64,000 bases of DNA from an uncultured Planctomycetales bacterium (GCA_964556925.1 CAZKXY010000002.1:1953-65952), one strand, 5' to 3'. Positions 34,817-43,748 are shown, counted from the first letter of the stretch. A program made the numbers and translations. Notes: generated from the letters alone by a model not told the origin.

Positions 34817-36703
34817 ATGAGCCGCGTGCGCGTCGCCGCCATCATCCCGGCCCGCCTGGCCTCGCGCCGGTTTCCGGGAAAGCCGCTCGTGCCGGTCCAC
34901 GGGCTGCCGATGGTCGAGCATGTCCGCAGGCGCGCCCTGTTGTGCGGCCGGTTCACCGAGGTCGTGGTGGCGACCTGCGATCACGAGATCCGCGACGCGG
35001 TCGAGCGGTTCGGCGGGCGGTGCGCGATGACCTCTCCCGAGCACCCGGCGGCGACCGACCGCGTGGCGGAGGCCGCGCGGTCGCTCGACTGCACGCACGT
35101 GGTCAACGTGCAGGGGGATGAGATCCTCGTGCTGCCGGCGGATCTGGCGGCGTTCGTGGAGGCGATCGAGTCGGATCCCACCACCCCGGCCTGGAACGCC
35201 CTCGGCCGGATCGAGCAGGCGGAGGCGCTGCGCGACCGCGGCGTGGTCAAGTGCGTCATCTCCGCGTCCAGGCGGATCCTGTGTTGCGCGAGGGATTTTT
35301 CGGCGCTGCCGCTCGACGGGGCCGGCGGATGGGAGCCGGTCCGGGTCATCCTGGGGATCCTCGGCTACCGGCGGGATCTCCTCGAGCGGTACGGCCGGCT
35401 GGCGCGGACCCCGCTGGAGCGCGCGGAGGCGATCGATCAGTCGCGGCTCCTTGAGCATGATCTCACGCTCCGGGGGGTTGAGTTCAGCCGGGGCTATCCG
35501 GCGATCAACGAGCCGCAGGATGTCGCGCGGGTGCAGGCGTCTCTCGCGCGCGATCCGGGGCAACAGGCCGTGCTGCAGCAGGTGTTGGGGTCCCCCCACC
35601 TGGGCGCCACCCCACCTGTCTCAGCGTCGCCTTCGGCGAAACCGCCACAGGGACGTGGGCCGCTGGGCCCGCCAGCGACGGCCCAGACAGGTGGGGGGGC
35701 CAGCACGGCGGAACGAGCCTTGGACGGCCTGCCAAAGGCAGGCCGAGCACAGGTGGGGGGACGTCCCATTGTCTACGTGACGTTGCAGCAGTTCTGCGAG
35801 TTCGATGACCGGCCCCGCGAGGCGCTGCGGGACGCCGGGTTTGAGGTCAGGGAAAACCGCGTCGGCCGGCGCCTGCGCCAGGAGGAGCTGCCGGAGCTGC
35901 TGCGGGAGGCGGAGGCCGTGCTCGCGGGGGTGGAACCCTATCGCGCCGAGCTGCTGGAGGGTCTGCCCAAGCTGCGCTGCATCAGCCGCTGCGGGGTGGG
36001 GACGGACGCGATCGACCTGGCGGCCGCCCGCCGGCGCGGCGTTGCGGTGTACACGACGCCGGATGAGGTGGTGGAGCCGGCCGCGCAGCTGACGGTCGCC
36101 ATGATGCTCGCGCTGGCGAGGAACCTGCCGTGGCATGCGAGCGAGAGCCGCCAAGGATTGTGGACCAAACGGACGGGCAGGCTGCTGTCGGAGTGGACCA
36201 TCGGGTTGCTGGGCTTTGGGCGGATCGGCCGGCTCGTGGAGCGCTACCTGCGGGCGTTCGGTCCCGGGATCCTGGTGCATGACCCCGCGGTGCGCGCGGA
36301 TCTCCCGCCGGGGGTGGTCTGGCGCGAGCTGGACCCCCTGCTGGCCGAGTCCGACCTCGTCTCGCTCCACGCCGCCCGCCGCGCCGAGGAGGGGCCGCTC
36401 ATCGGCCCCCGCGAGCTGGCCCTCATGAAGCCAGGCAGCCTGCTCGTCAACACGGCGCGGGGGTTCCTGGTGGACGAAGCGGCGCTCGAGCAGTCGTTGC
36501 GCGCCGGGCAGCTCGGCGGGGCCGCGCTCGACGTGTTCGCCGAGGAGCCCTACACCGGGCCGCTCGCGCGGCTGCCGAACGTGCTGTGCACGCCCCATGT
36601 GGCCTCGCTCACGCGCGCCTCGCGGGCGTCGATGGAGCGGCGGGCGGCCGCCAACATTGTGGCGCATGTCGCGCAGATGGCGCCGGCGGGGATGTCCGGG
36701 TGA
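34817..36703 (+). CDS. KdsB-like CMP-ulosonic-acid cytidylyltransferase read through into a D-isomer-specific 2-hydroxyacid dehydrogenase (single open frame)
   Basis: N-terminal VAAIIPARLASRRFPGKPLVPVHGLPMVEHV and VVNVQGDE are KdsB-like. The C-terminal part (from ~35768) has LLGFGRIGRLVERYL, VNTARGFLVDEAAL, LDVFAEEP and TPHVAS. The ~60-codon linker (35590-35765) is encoded by palindromic repeat DNA. An alternative internal start for the dehydrogenase is ATT 35768 or GTG 35777, after a GGTGGGGGG run. Confidence 0.65.
   Translation: MSRVRVAAIIPARLASRRFPGKPLVPVHGLPMVEHVRRRALLCGRFTEVVVATCDHEIRDAVERFGGRCAMTSPEHPAATDRVAEAARSLDCTHVVNVQGDEILVLPADLAAFVEAIESDPTTPAWNALGRIEQAEALRDRGVVKCVISASRRILCCARDFSALPLDGAGGWEPVRVILGILGYRRDLLERYGRLARTPLERAEAIDQSRLLEHDLTLRGVEFSRGYPAINEPQDVARVQASLARDPGQQAVLQQVLGSPHLGATPPVSASPSAKPPQGRGPLGPPATAQTGGGASTAERALDGLPKAGRAQVGGRPIVYVTLQQFCEFDDRPREALRDAGFEVRENRVGRRLRQEELPELLREAEAVLAGVEPYRAELLEGLPKLRCISRCGVGTDAIDLAAARRRGVAVYTTPDEVVEPAAQLTVAMMLALARNLPWHASESRQGLWTKRTGRLLSEWTIGLLGFGRIGRLVERYLRAFGPGILVHDPAVRADLPPGVVWRELDPLLAESDLVSLHAARRAEEGPLIGPRELALMKPGSLLVNTARGFLVDEAALEQSLRAGQLGGAALDVFAEEPYTGPLARLPNVLCTPHVASLTRASRASMERRAAANIVAHVAQMAPAGMSG
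35592..35760. repeat. nested CCCCACCTGTC-type palindromic element(s) inside the KdsB-like/dehydrogenase ORF
   Basis: Inner pair ACCCCACCTGTC (35609-35620) / GACAGGTGGGGGGG (35686-35699). Outer pair CCCCCCACCTGG (35592-35603) / CACAGGTGGGGGG (35748-35760). Hairpin GGCCTGCC-AAA-GGCAGGCC at 35726-35744. Same terminal motif as 31019-31118. Confidence 0.75.
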
Positions 36704-36704
36704 C

Positions 36705-37445
36705 ATGAACGCGCTTCAGGGTTTCTTCTACCGCTACGGATGGGATACGCGCTGTCGGAACCTGTGCCCGGCGCGGCTCCTCCAGGCCGCGTTGCCGGCG
36801 TCCACGCGTCGCAGCCAGCCGACCCTCCTTGATGTCGGCTCCGGCGAGCTGGGCCTGTCGGCGTTCCTCCGCGGCCTGTCGGTGGTGGGCTCGGACCTGG
36901 CGCCCTCGCAGCCACGCAACGGCCGCTTCCGCTTTGTGCGGAGCACGGCGACCGCCCTGCCGTTCCGGGATGGCGCCTTTCCTGCGGTGAGCTGCATCGA
37001 CGTGCTCGAACATCTGGCCCCGGCGCGCCGGGCTGAGGCGATCACCGAATGCATCCGCGTCGCGTCGTCCCTCGTGCTGTTCGCGTTCCCGGATGGGCCG
37101 ACGGCGCACGCGTGCGACCAGGCGTTCCAGGAGGCCTGCCGTCTGCGCTCGCGCCAGGTCCCCGCGTGGGTGGAGGAGCATTTGCGGCACGAGTATCCGG
37201 CGTCCGACGGCGTGGCGGAACAGGTGCGGCAGGCCGCCGCCCGGTTGGGCCGACGGGCGCGTCTGACGGCATCCGCCTGCGAGCCGCTGGCGATTTGCCG
37301 CCTGGTCCGCGCCGCCGCGAGCCGCTCCACGCTCCTCTACGCGCTGTGCAACCTCTGGTTCGGGCTGTGCGCGCCCCTCCTGCGCCCGCCGCGGCCGGGC
37401 GACGGGTACCGGACGGTGCTGCTCGCGGAGCTGACCCCGTCATGA
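36705..37445 (+). CDS. class-I SAM-dependent methyltransferase
   Basis: LLDVGSGELGLSAFL (motif I) and LPFRDGAFPAVSCIDVLEHL. Confidence 0.65.
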   Translation: MNALQGFFYRYGWDTRCRNLCPARLLQAALPASTRRSQPTLLDVGSGELGLSAFLRGLSVVGSDLAPSQPRNGRFRFVRSTATALPFRDGAFPAVSCIDVLEHLAPARRAEAITECIRVASSLVLFAFPDGPTAHACDQAFQEACRLRSRQVPAWVEEHLRHEYPASDGVAEQVRQAAARLGRRARLTASACEPLAICRLVRAAASRSTLLYALCNLWFGLCAPLLRPPRPGDGYRTVLLAELTPS

Positions 37446-38347
37446 GCGGCAGACCGTTGATCAGCGTCATCATCCCGAACCACAATTACGGCGGCTATCT
37501 GGCCCAGGCCATTGAGAGCGTCCTGGCGCAGACCTGCCGGCCGCTGGACGTGGTCGTGGTGGACGACGGCTCGACGGATCACTCGCGCGAGGTGCTCCGC
37601 GGGTACGAAGGGCGCCTCCGGGTCGTCTGCCAGCCGCGCCAGGGCGTGTCCGCGGCGCGCAACCGCGGGGTGCGGGAAAGCCGCGGCGAGCTGGTGGCGT
37701 TTCTGGATGCCGATGACGTGTGGCTCCCGGACAAGTTGGCGCGGCAGGCGCAGCGGCTGCGCGCCGAGCCGGCGCTGGGCCTGGTCCACTGCGGCGCGCA
37801 GCTCATCGATCCGACGGGCCGCGTCCTCAGGGACGTCACCGATGGCGTCGCCGGGGAGGTGACCCGCGACCTGCTCCTGTTCCGGCGCTCCGGCGTCGTG
37901 ACGGGCGGCAGCGGGATGCTGCTGTCGCGCGAGGTCTTCGAGGAAGCCGGCGGCTTCGACACGCGCCTGTCGACCTCCGCGGATTGGGATTTCTTCTTCC
38001 GGGTCGGGCGCCGGAGGCCCTTCGGGTTCATCCCCGAGCCGCTGGTGCAGATGCGGATGCACCGCGCGAACATGCGCTCGAACATCCAGGCGATGGAGCA
38101 CGACATGCTGCTGGCCTTCGAGCACGCGTTCCGGGCCGCGGGGCCGGAGCTGCGGCGCCTGCGCCGAGCCTGCTACGGCCACCTCCATCTGGTGCTGGCC
38201 GGCTCCTTCTTCCAGGCGGGGCAGCCGCTCCCGTGCCTGCGGCATCTCCTGGCCAGCCTCTGGCGCACGCCGGGCGCCAGCGTCCGGCTGGCGGGCTGGC
38301 CCGTGCGCTGGGCGAAACGTCGGCTGGCCGACGCGAGGACGCCATGA
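37442..38347 (+). CDS. GT2 glycosyltransferase
   Basis: ISVIIPNHNYGGYLAQAIESVLAQT, VVVVDDGSTD and FLDADD. ATGA overlap. Confidence 0.8.
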   Translation: MSGRPLISVIIPNHNYGGYLAQAIESVLAQTCRPLDVVVVDDGSTDHSREVLRGYEGRLRVVCQPRQGVSAARNRGVRESRGELVAFLDADDVWLPDKLARQAQRLRAEPALGLVHCGAQLIDPTGRVLRDVTDGVAGEVTRDLLLFRRSGVVTGGSGMLLSREVFEEAGGFDTRLSTSADWDFFFRVGRRRPFGFIPEPLVQMRMHRANMRSNIQAMEHDMLLAFEHAFRAAGPELRRLRRACYGHLHLVLAGSFFQAGQPLPCLRHLLASLWRTPGASVRLAGWPVRWAKRRLADARTP

Positions 38348-39273
38348 ACCGCGTCGCGGTCATCGGGGTGGGGCGATGGGGCAGGCAGCTGCTCCGGGTG
38401 TTGAGCGGTCGGTGCCACGTGCCGGTCTGCTGCCATCAGGGCGACCCGGCGGCGCGCGCCTGGCTGGCCGAGCAGTACCCGCGCGTCCGGCTGACCGCCG
38501 ACTATGCGGAGGTCCTGCGGGATGCCACGCTCGACGCCGTAGTCATCGCGACGCCGATCGCCACGCACGCGACGCTCGCCCGGCAGGCGCTGGAGGCGGG
38601 CAAGCACGTGTTTGTGGAGAAGCCGTTGGCGACGAGCTCGGCTGAGGCGCGCCGGCTTGAGGCGACGGCGAAGGCGCGCGGCCGGGCGCTGTTCGTGGGG
38701 CACATCTTCCTCCATCACCCGATCCTTGAGCGGCTGCGGCGGCGCCTCGCCGACGACCCGGCCCGCTACGCCTCGATGACCTGGCTGAAGCTCGGCACCT
38801 TCGAGGAAGAGCTGTTCTGGAATCTCCTCACGCATGAGGTGGCCATTGCCGCGGCGCTCTTTGGCGCCGAGGTGTCCGGCGCGGAGGTGCTGCACGAGCG
38901 CGGGCTGGTGACCGGGTGCGATCTCGCCACCGTCCGACTCCAGTTCCCCGGCGACCGGGAATGCCTCATCCATGTCGATCGCTGCCACCCGGCCGCCGCC
39001 AAGCATCTCACCGTTGTCACGGAGGGGGGGCAGGTGCTATATTGGGACGGCCCGGCCCTCTCTCGATTCGGGGCCGGGCAGGTCGTTGAACGCATCGAGT
39101 GGGCCGATGAGGAGCCATTGGCCCGCGAGCTGGACGCGTTCCTGCGCCGCCTGGCGACGGGAACGGACGGGGAGCCGGGGCTCGTCTGCGGCTCGCTCGT
39201 CGTGGACCTTGTGGAACGGCTGCTCACCGCGCGCGCCCGCTCCTGCGTTGCCATGCACGGCCCCCCACGATGA
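38344..39273 (+). CDS. Gfo/Idh/MocA-family oxidoreductase (no. 2)
   Basis: VAVIGVGRWGRQLL, DAVVIATPIATHATLARQALEAGKHVFVEKPLA. ATGA overlap. Confidence 0.75.
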   Translation: MNRVAVIGVGRWGRQLLRVLSGRCHVPVCCHQGDPAARAWLAEQYPRVRLTADYAEVLRDATLDAVVIATPIATHATLARQALEAGKHVFVEKPLATSSAEARRLEATAKARGRALFVGHIFLHHPILERLRRRLADDPARYASMTWLKLGTFEEELFWNLLTHEVAIAAALFGAEVSGAEVLHERGLVTGCDLATVRLQFPGDRECLIHVDRCHPAAAKHLTVVTEGGQVLYWDGPALSRFGAGQVVERIEWADEEPLARELDAFLRRLATGTDGEPGLVCGSLVVDLVERLLTARARSCVAMHGPPR

Positions 39274-40382
39274 CCCGCCGCATTGCCGTCGTCGGCGGCG
39301 GCATCTTCGGGGTGACCGCCGCCGTGAAGCTGGCCGAGGAGGGCCACCGCGTGGAGCTGTTCGAGCGGAACCGCGAGCTGCTGATGGCGGCCTCCGGGGT
39401 CAACCAGTTTCGGCTGCACCGCGGCTATCATTATCCCCGCAGCCCGGAAACCGCGCAGAGCTGCCGGGACTCCGAGGCGAGCTTCAGGCAGGAGTATGCG
39501 GGGGCGATCCTGCCGCAGGCCCGTCACTATTACGGGATCGCGAAGCAGGGCAGCTTGACGTCGGCCTCCGACTTCCTGGCCTTCTGCGACCGCCAGGGCC
39601 TGGAGTACGCGGCGTCGTGGCCCGCGGTCGTGCGCCGCAGCGCCCTGGCGCTCTGCCTCCGTGTCCAGGAGCGGCTGATCGATCCGGAGGCGCTGCGGGC
39701 GATCTGCTGGGAGCGGCTGCGCTCGCGCCGCGTCACCGTCCGCCTCGGCACCGACGCGGAGGCGTCGAGGCTTCGGCCGTACGATCACGTCGTCGTGGCC
39801 GCCTACGCGGCGCTCAATGCGCTGCTGGCGGAGCGCCCCGCGGAGCAAGAGGACTATCAGTTTGAGCTGTGCGAGAAGCCCGTCGTGTGGCTGCCGCGCG
39901 CGTTCCAGAGCGTGAGCGTGGTGATCATGGATGGGCCGTTTATGTGCCTGGATCCGTTCGGGCGGACCGGGCTCTTTCTCTTGGGGAACGTCGTCCACGC
40001 GATCCATCAGACGAACATCGGCAAGGCCCCGGTGTGCGACGCGCGCTATCGGCCGCTGCTCAACGCGGGGCTGATCCCGCGTCCCCCCCTGAGCCGGTTC
40101 AACCGGTTCCTTGAGGCGGCCGCGAGGTTCTTTCCCCAGATCCAGCGCGCCGAGCACGTGGGCTCGATGTTCACCTTCAGGGCCGTGCAGCCTGGCAAGG
40201 ACAGCACCGACGAACGCCCGACCCTGGTGCGGCAGGTGACGCCGCGGATCATCACGGTCTTCTCGGGGAAGATCGGCACGTGCGTCCAGGCCGCGGCCGA
40301 GGTGGCCCGGATGATCGCCGAAGGCCCGGCTCGGCGCAGGAGGGCCAGGCCGGCGGCGCAGCCGGTGGCCGCGCAGACCTAA
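39270..40382 (+). CDS. FAD-dependent oxidoreductase
   Basis: N-terminal dinucleotide fold IAVVGGGIFGVTAAVKLAEEGHRVELFER. ATGA overlap. Confidence 0.6.
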   Translation: MTRRIAVVGGGIFGVTAAVKLAEEGHRVELFERNRELLMAASGVNQFRLHRGYHYPRSPETAQSCRDSEASFRQEYAGAILPQARHYYGIAKQGSLTSASDFLAFCDRQGLEYAASWPAVVRRSALALCLRVQERLIDPEALRAICWERLRSRRVTVRLGTDAEASRLRPYDHVVVAAYAALNALLAERPAEQEDYQFELCEKPVVWLPRAFQSVSVVIMDGPFMCLDPFGRTGLFLLGNVVHAIHQTNIGKAPVCDARYRPLLNAGLIPRPPLSRFNRFLEAAARFFPQIQRAEHVGSMFTFRAVQPGKDSTDERPTLVRQVTPRIITVFSGKIGTCVQAAAEVARMIAEGPARRRRARPAAQPVAAQT

Positions 40383-41761
40383 TGGACCGTGAGCGGCCGA
40401 GGGTGCTGTTCATCACGTTTGACGGGCTGCTGGAGCCGCTGGGGCAGTCGCAGATCCTCCCCTACCTCACGGGCTTGGCGGCGCGCGGGGCGGCCATCAC
40501 GGTGCTGTCCTTTGAGAAGCCGGCGGATTGGCGATCCGAGCGGATGGGCGCCTTGCGGGGCGAGATGGCCGCGCGCGGGGTGCGATGGACCGCGCTTCGC
40601 TACCACGCGCGGCCGCGGCTGGTGGCGAGCGCCTTCGATGTGCTGGCTGGCGCGGCCGTCGCCTGGCGGCTCATCCGCCGCGACCGGCTGGCCATCGTCC
40701 ATCCGCGCAGCTACCTCGCCGCGGCGATTGCCTGGCTCCTGAAGCGGCGTTTCGGATCGCGGCTGGTGTTCGACACGAAAGGGTTCTGGGTCGATGAGCG
40801 CGTCCAGGCCGGCTTCTGGGTCCCGGGCAGCCTGCCGTACCGCCTCGCGAAGCGGGTGGAGCAGCGGCTGCTCGAGGATGCGGATGAGATCGTCACGCTG
40901 ACGGAGCGCGGCCGGCGCATGATCGAGCAGTGGCCGGGGCTGCGCGAGCCCCGGGTGACCGCCGTGCCGACCTGCGTGGACCTGGCGCGGTTCGCCGGGC
41001 CTGGCCGGGCGACGGCGCCAAACGGCGCGCCGGTCTTCATCTATATCGGCTCGATCGGCCGCTATTACCTGCTGGACGAGATGCTCCGGTTCGTCGAGTG
41101 CTCCCGACGCCGGTTTCCCCAGGCGCGCTTCGTCTTGGTGACGCGGCAACAGGAGGAAGCGGCCGACGCGCTGGGGCGGACGGCGCTGGGCGCGGGGGCC
41201 GTCACGGTGGCGTCGGCGCCCTATCCCGAGATCCCGCAGTGGGTGGCGGGCTCGCATGCGGGCCTGGCGTTCTACAAGCCCGGGGGGTTCCGGCGCGGGA
41301 CGTGCCCGACGAAGCTCGGCGAATATCTGGCGATGGGCGTGCCCGTGGTGGTCAACGCAGGGATCGGGGATGTGGAAGAGGTCATCGGGGGCTCGGCGGT
41401 CGGCGCCATCGTCACGGACTTCTCCGTCGAGGCCTACGAGCGGGCGCTCGAGGAGCTCCGGCGGCTCTGGGCCGATCCGGCGCTCGCCGAGCGATGCCGG
41501 CGGGTCGCGGAGCGCGCCTTTTCCTTGCAGATGGGGATCGAGCGGTACTGGGCCATCTATGCGCGCCTCGCTGCGTTGTCGAACATCACCGTTACACAGG
41601 GCAGCGGGTCCTGCCACGGGCCAGCCCCACGGCCGTCCTCGCCGCGGCGCACGCTTCCGGCGCCGTCGGCTGCGGGCGGCGTGGGGCGCCCCGGCCCGTG
41701 TCACCCGCTGCCCAGCGGGTTTTCGACAAAGCAGCGCTTGGCCGCGAAGGGGAGCGCGTGA
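40382..41761 (+). CDS. GT4 (GT-B) glycosyltransferase with ~60-aa low-complexity C-terminal tail
   Basis: RVLFITFDGLLEPLGQSQILPYL and PTKLGEYLAMGVPVVV (EX7E region). The tail after ...YWAIYARLAA (from ~41570) is P/G/S/A-rich and overlaps inverted-repeat DNA, so the true C-terminus is uncertain. Confidence 0.7.
   Translation: MDRERPRVLFITFDGLLEPLGQSQILPYLTGLAARGAAITVLSFEKPADWRSERMGALRGEMAARGVRWTALRYHARPRLVASAFDVLAGAAVAWRLIRRDRLAIVHPRSYLAAAIAWLLKRRFGSRLVFDTKGFWVDERVQAGFWVPGSLPYRLAKRVEQRLLEDADEIVTLTERGRRMIEQWPGLREPRVTAVPTCVDLARFAGPGRATAPNGAPVFIYIGSIGRYYLLDEMLRFVECSRRRFPQARFVLVTRQQEEAADALGRTALGAGAVTVASAPYPEIPQWVAGSHAGLAFYKPGGFRRGTCPTKLGEYLAMGVPVVVNAGIGDVEEVIGGSAVGAIVTDFSVEAYERALEELRRLWADPALAERCRRVAERAFSLQMGIERYWAIYARLAALSNITVTQGSGSCHGPAPRPSSPRRTLPAPSAAGGVGRPGPCHPLPSGFSTKQRLAAKGSA
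41703..41724 (+). terminator. weak intrinsic-terminator-like hairpin + T-run inside the GT4 tail
   Basis: ACCCGCTG-CC-CAGCGGGT followed by TTT(C). It is also the distal arm of a longer inverted repeat with CAGCGGGTCCTGCCACGGGCC at 41602-41622. 37 nt upstream of rfbF. The T-run is short and the hairpin lies inside an open frame. Confidence 0.25.
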
Positions 41762-42570
41762 TGGGGGCTCGTCGAGCGGGGCAGCCGCCGGTCATGATCC
41801 TGTGCGGGGGATTGGGCACGAGGCTCAGGGAGGAAACGGAGATCCGCCCCAAGCCGATGGTGGAGATCGGCGGCCGGCCGATGCTGTGGCACATCATGAA
41901 GCTCTACGCGGCGCATGGGTTTGGCGACTTCATCCTGTGCCTGGGCTACAAGGGCCACCTGATCAAGGACTATTTCCTGAACTACCGGGCCTATCAGAGC
42001 GACGTCACGATCCACCTGGGCGATTCGCGGCGCGTCGAGTATCACACCAACGGGGACGAGGACGCCTGGCGGGTGACGCTGGTGGAAACCGGCGAGTCGG
42101 CCCAGACCGGCGCGCGGGTCGCGCGGGCCGGCCGCTACGTGCGGGGCGAGACCTTCTGCCTCACGTACGGCGACGGATTGAGCAACGTGGACCTCAGCCG
42201 GTTGACGGCGTACCATCGCCAGCACGGCCGGACCGGGACGGTGACCGGCGTGCGGCCGGCCGGCCGGTTCGGCGAGCTGGATGTGGACCGCTCGGGCCGG
42301 GCCACCCAGTTCAACGAAAAGCCGCAGGTCGAGAAGGGCTTCATCAACGGCGGCTTCTTCGTGTTCCATCGCCGGTTCCTCGACCGGTACCTGGAGGATC
42401 GGGACGAGCTCATCCTGGAGCAGGAGCCGCTGCAACGGCTCGCCCGGGACGGCCAGCTCATGGTGTACCCCCACCGGGAGTTCTGGCAGCCGATGGATAC
42501 CTACCGGGAGTTCAAGCTGCTGAACGACCTCTGGGCCTCAGGCAACGCGCCCTGGAAGGTGTGGAAGTAA
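41761..42570 (+). CDS. rfbF: glucose-1-phosphate cytidylyltransferase
   Basis: ILCGGLGTRLREETEIRPKPMVEIGGRPMLWHIMKLYAAHGFGDFILCLGYKG and the C-terminal REFWQPMDTYRE match RfbF. The start could instead be the ATG ~33 nt downstream (VMILCGG). Confidence 0.85.
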   Translation: MGARRAGQPPVMILCGGLGTRLREETEIRPKPMVEIGGRPMLWHIMKLYAAHGFGDFILCLGYKGHLIKDYFLNYRAYQSDVTIHLGDSRRVEYHTNGDEDAWRVTLVETGESAQTGARVARAGRYVRGETFCLTYGDGLSNVDLSRLTAYHRQHGRTGTVTGVRPAGRFGELDVDRSGRATQFNEKPQVEKGFINGGFFVFHRRFLDRYLEDRDELILEQEPLQRLARDGQLMVYPHREFWQPMDTYREFKLLNDLWASGNAPWKVWK

Positions 42571-42573
42571 GGT

Positions 42574-42689
42574 GATGACGCAGATTCGCGGAGAAGCACA
42601 CCCCGTCAAGTGCCGATGACGCAGATCAGGCGTTTTATCGGCGTAATCTGTTCGGAGGGGACGGAGCTGCTCTGCGAATCGGCGTAATC
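42574..42689 (+). promoter_or_regulatory. two pairs of 12-bp direct repeats, each with 41-bp period, in the rfbF-rfbG spacer
   Basis: GATGACGCAGAT at 42574 and 42615; ATCGGCGTAATC at 42637 and 42678. The spacer is visibly less GC-rich than the flanking genes. Confidence 0.5.
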
Positions 42690-42704
42690 CAACTGGGTGG
42701 TTTC

Positions 42705-43748
42705 ATGGACAAGCGATTCTGGCGCGACCGGCCGGTCCTGGTGACCGGTGCGACCGGCCTGCAGGGGGCCTGGCTGACCAAGGCGCTCGTGGAGGCTCAG
42801 GCCGATGTCGTCGCCGTGGTGCGGGATTGGGTCCCCCGGTCTGAGCTGGTCCGCGCGGGGCTGCTGGAGCGCGTCAGCGTGGTGCGGGGGGATGTGCGGG
42901 ATCAGGACCTGCTGGAGCGGGTGCTGGGGGAGTACGAGGTCAACACCGTCTTCCACCTGGCCGCCCAGACCATCGTGACGATCGCCAACCGCAATCCGAT
43001 CTCCACCTTCGAGAGCAATATCCGCGGCACCTGGGCGGTGCTGGAGGCCTGCCGGCGCTCCAGCGCCATGCAGCAGGTCATCCTGGCGTCTTCCGACAAG
43101 GCGTACGGGGACCATGAGGAGCTGCCGTACCGGGAAGAGCTCGCGTTGCGCGGCCGGCATCCGTATGACGTGAGCAAGTCCTGCGCGGATTTGCTCGCCC
43201 AGGCCTACGGCGCCACGTACCGGCTGCCGGTGGCCGTGGCCCGCTGCGGCAACCTCTACGGCGGCGGCGACCTGAACTGGAACCGCATCATTCCGGGCAC
43301 GATCCGCTCGGTCCTGCGCGGGGAGCGGCCCGTCATCCGCAGCGACGGCTCGCTGGTGCGGGATTACTTCTATGTGGAAGACGGCGCCGAGGCCTACGGC
43401 CGGCTGGCCGAAGCGCTGGCGCAGGACCAGGGGCTGGCCGGGGAGGCGTTCAACTTCAGCACCGAGCAGCCGGCGACAGTCCTGGCGATCGTCCAGCAGA
43501 TCCTCGCGCTGATGGGCACGCCATCCGTCAAGCCGGTGATCCAGAACCAAGCGCCGAACGAGATCCTCCGCCAGCATCTCGATGCGTCCAAGGCGCGCCA
43601 GCGGCTGGACTGGCGGCCACGGTTCGATCTGGAGGAGGGGCTGCGCCGGACGATCGACTGGTACCGGACGTTTTTCCACGACGCTGGCCGGGCCCCGTCC
43701 CGGCGCGCCCGTCAGCCGGTTGGCGCCGCACGGCGGGAGAGGCGATGA
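42705..43748 (+). CDS. rfbG: CDP-glucose 4,6-dehydratase
   Basis: [31 protein letters not shown] and [11 protein letters not shown]. Confidence 0.85.
   Translation: MDKRFWRDRPVLVTGATGLQGAWLTKALVEAQADVVAVVRDWVPRSELVRAGLLERVSVVRGDVRDQDLLERVLGEYEVNTVFHLAAQTIVTIANRNPISTFESNIRGTWAVLEACRRSSAMQQVILASSDKAYGDHEELPYREELALRGRHPYDVSKSCADLLAQAYGATYRLPVAVARCGNLYGGGDLNWNRIIPGTIRSVLRGERPVIRSDGSLVRDYFYVEDGAEAYGRLAEALAQDQGLAGEAFNFSTEQPATVLAIVQQILALMGTPSVKPVIQNQAPNEILRQHLDASKARQRLDWRPRFDLEEGLRRTIDWYRTFFHDAGRAPSRRARQPVGAARRERR

Larger units (their letters stand above)
34514..34820 (+). repeat. composite intergenic cassette A (homologous to 45441-45720)
   Basis: It shares three blocks with cassette B. The 5' block is GGATGACGCGCATGCYCGCCAGCTGCGGG. 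The middle block is GCGGCCGGTCGCTCAAAAGGTGTC. The 3' block is TGCGATGCGCAGCGGCCTGCC..GGCAGG..ACCCGGCGGGCTAGCGTTAGRCCGGCRGGCTGAGG, followed by a G-rich SD and ATG. It begins on the upstream stop codon and ends on the downstream start codon (GGATGA at both ends). Confidence 0.8.
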
